DNA from: Cetorhinus maximus
Lineage: Eukaryota
Direction of reading: 5' to 3'
DNA length: 64,000 bases
Assembly (NCBI RefSeq): GCF_964194155.1
Contig: NC_135893.1
Span: 13,454,001 to 13,518,000, forward strand
The position numbers and the translations under genes were made by a program. This document shows positions 62,391 through 64,000 of this stretch, piece after piece; position 1 is the stretch's first letter; every line of letters begins with the position of its first letter. Under the pieces are notes generated by a model. That model was not told the origin of the DNA. It made no database searches and saw only the letters and a program-made list of their open reading frames with translations.

Positions 62391-63064
62391 TTAGAAACGA
62401 CTGCAATGGTCAAATCTGGCTCAGTTGAGTTGGTTTCCAAAGGCGAAGCAGCAAGTCAGGTCAGCAGATGAATTTCTAAACATAGCAGTGCAAAGGCTTT
62501 TCTATATCATATTATGACTAACAATGCCATTACTCTTGGAATAATCCCCTTCATAAGTACTGTCTTAATGGAGCAGAGTGTGATTTCATGTGTATTTTTT
62601 TCACACATGAAGTAGCATATATTCTTTGTTAGCTCCTTGATGGTACAATAAGTAAATACACTGGTTCATATGTTGCTGGACCAGGGACTAGACGGATACC
62701 AGTTTTGATGTATCGAGGCTGAAATGCAGATATTAGAACATGTAAAAAGAACATCCCAAGAACCACAATGCATTGATTATCAGCTTACTTTGAAATGTCA
62801 CACACTACCTGTACCTATAAGGAATAACCATGTGTGAAAGACATTCCAATCAAAGGAGATAACCACATTATAAGCAATATATTAAAAAGAGGTTATTTAT
62901 TACAGAATGTATCTATATATTTTTTTACTTTTTTCAGTTTTTAACTTATGGAAAATGTTGAGATTATACAATGGTGTTTAAACTTTCCTGTATGCTGAAT
63001 CCTCTGCAAATAACGTCACAATCCTGAGGACCCCCCAGCAAATAGTGGTATGCCATAGGGACTA

Positions 63065-63300
63065 TATGCAAACATTGGCACGTCCCTTGGAACTCAGTGC
63101 AAATATTGATACACTCCGAAGGGCCTTGTCAAATATCAACTCATTTCTATGGATGCTGTGAAAATATTGGCACTCTTCTGGAGACCATGTGTAAATAATG
63201 ACACTGTCAGAGACCCCAACAAATACTGACAGACTCCTAGGGACACTTTGCAAATCTTAACTTCTAGAGACCCCAAGTAAACATTGACATGCTTTTAGGC
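63065..63300 (-). repeat. Degenerate ~30-bp minisatellite, antisense relative of 4930-5345
   Basis: Periodic caaatattgacac..gagacccc units are the reverse complement of gggg..gtgtcaatatttg. Confidence 0.6.
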
Positions 63301-64000
63301 ATTCTCTGTTCAAACTACTGAAAACAATGTCAACTGCTCGTAGGGAAAGATAAGACAACAAATGTAGAGAGAAAAAAAAATCGCCAAATTCTCAATATGT
63401 GCTCGTGATGTGCCTAATTCCGAGCCAGATTCAGAGAGAAATCAGATGATCTTGGGGGTCACATGGGAATCCCTTGCAGACCCCAATGTTAAAATCCTAT
63501 AACTTGGATTTATAAACTGTCTTAAACAAAATAAACTGTCCCAAAGCACTTTGTTATAATGTGAGGCACGACATTATTGGACAATGAGATGGATTGCACC
63601 TTTTCTTAATATTGTAGACAATAAGGTGACTCCACCCACTTTATTCCATCAGTCTGCCTTAAACTTGAGTTGAAAAAATCATTTATTTCCTCACTGTAAC
63701 ATTGCCATTTCCCACATAAGCTCTGTTCTCCTGCCCTTATGGACTGAGAGGGCCAATTAGTAACCAGTTATTGCGACTCTTCTCTTCTGGGCCTATGCCA
63801 GTACAAGCTGGATTGAGTCCACCCAAAGCTCATTTCAGTCGAGACTCTACCAGCTGCCAAAGAGAGAAGAGTAGACTCACTCATCAGTCAGAGCTGGATT
63901 CAAACTTATAGGTGAAAAAACAGTGCTGATGCTTTACTTAGTCCTGTCTGAGATAAATATTCAATTAAATATCTGTGCAAAATGATCTTTGTTCATTCAA

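Overview
Vertebrate genomic DNA, most likely a cartilaginous fish (inferred from Deu-domain SINEs of the SacSINE1 type plus dense CR1, L2 and Penelope content). The window is almost entirely intronic. The only host coding sequence I can support is one 135-nt phase 0-0 exon (55548-55682, +) encoding part of the PR/SET domain of a PRDM16/MECOM-family gene; I lean towards PRDM16. The rest is a nested transposon landscape: (i) a complete but decayed two-gene PIF/Harbinger transposon (279-4728) and at least eight non-autonomous derivatives/MITEs with ~12-bp TIRs, five of them with exact 3-bp TSDs; (ii) two Penelope-like (RT + GIY-YIG) families whose 3' ends carry minimal hammerhead ribozyme motifs, repeatedly inserted as head-to-head foldbacks with reproducibly asymmetric ends, including a very young copy at 46074-48576 with a 14-bp TSD; (iii) many CR1 and L2-type LINE fragments; (iv) tRNA-derived SINEs; (v) ~30-bp minisatellites. 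The most interesting signals are the foldback Penelope/hammerhead system with non-canonical ribozyme cores, a TE-derived decoy splice acceptor just upstream of the PR-domain exon, a CpG-retaining region just downstream of that exon, and MITEs with three conserved internal hairpins. All calls were made by eye without database searches, and boundaries of old repeats are approximate.
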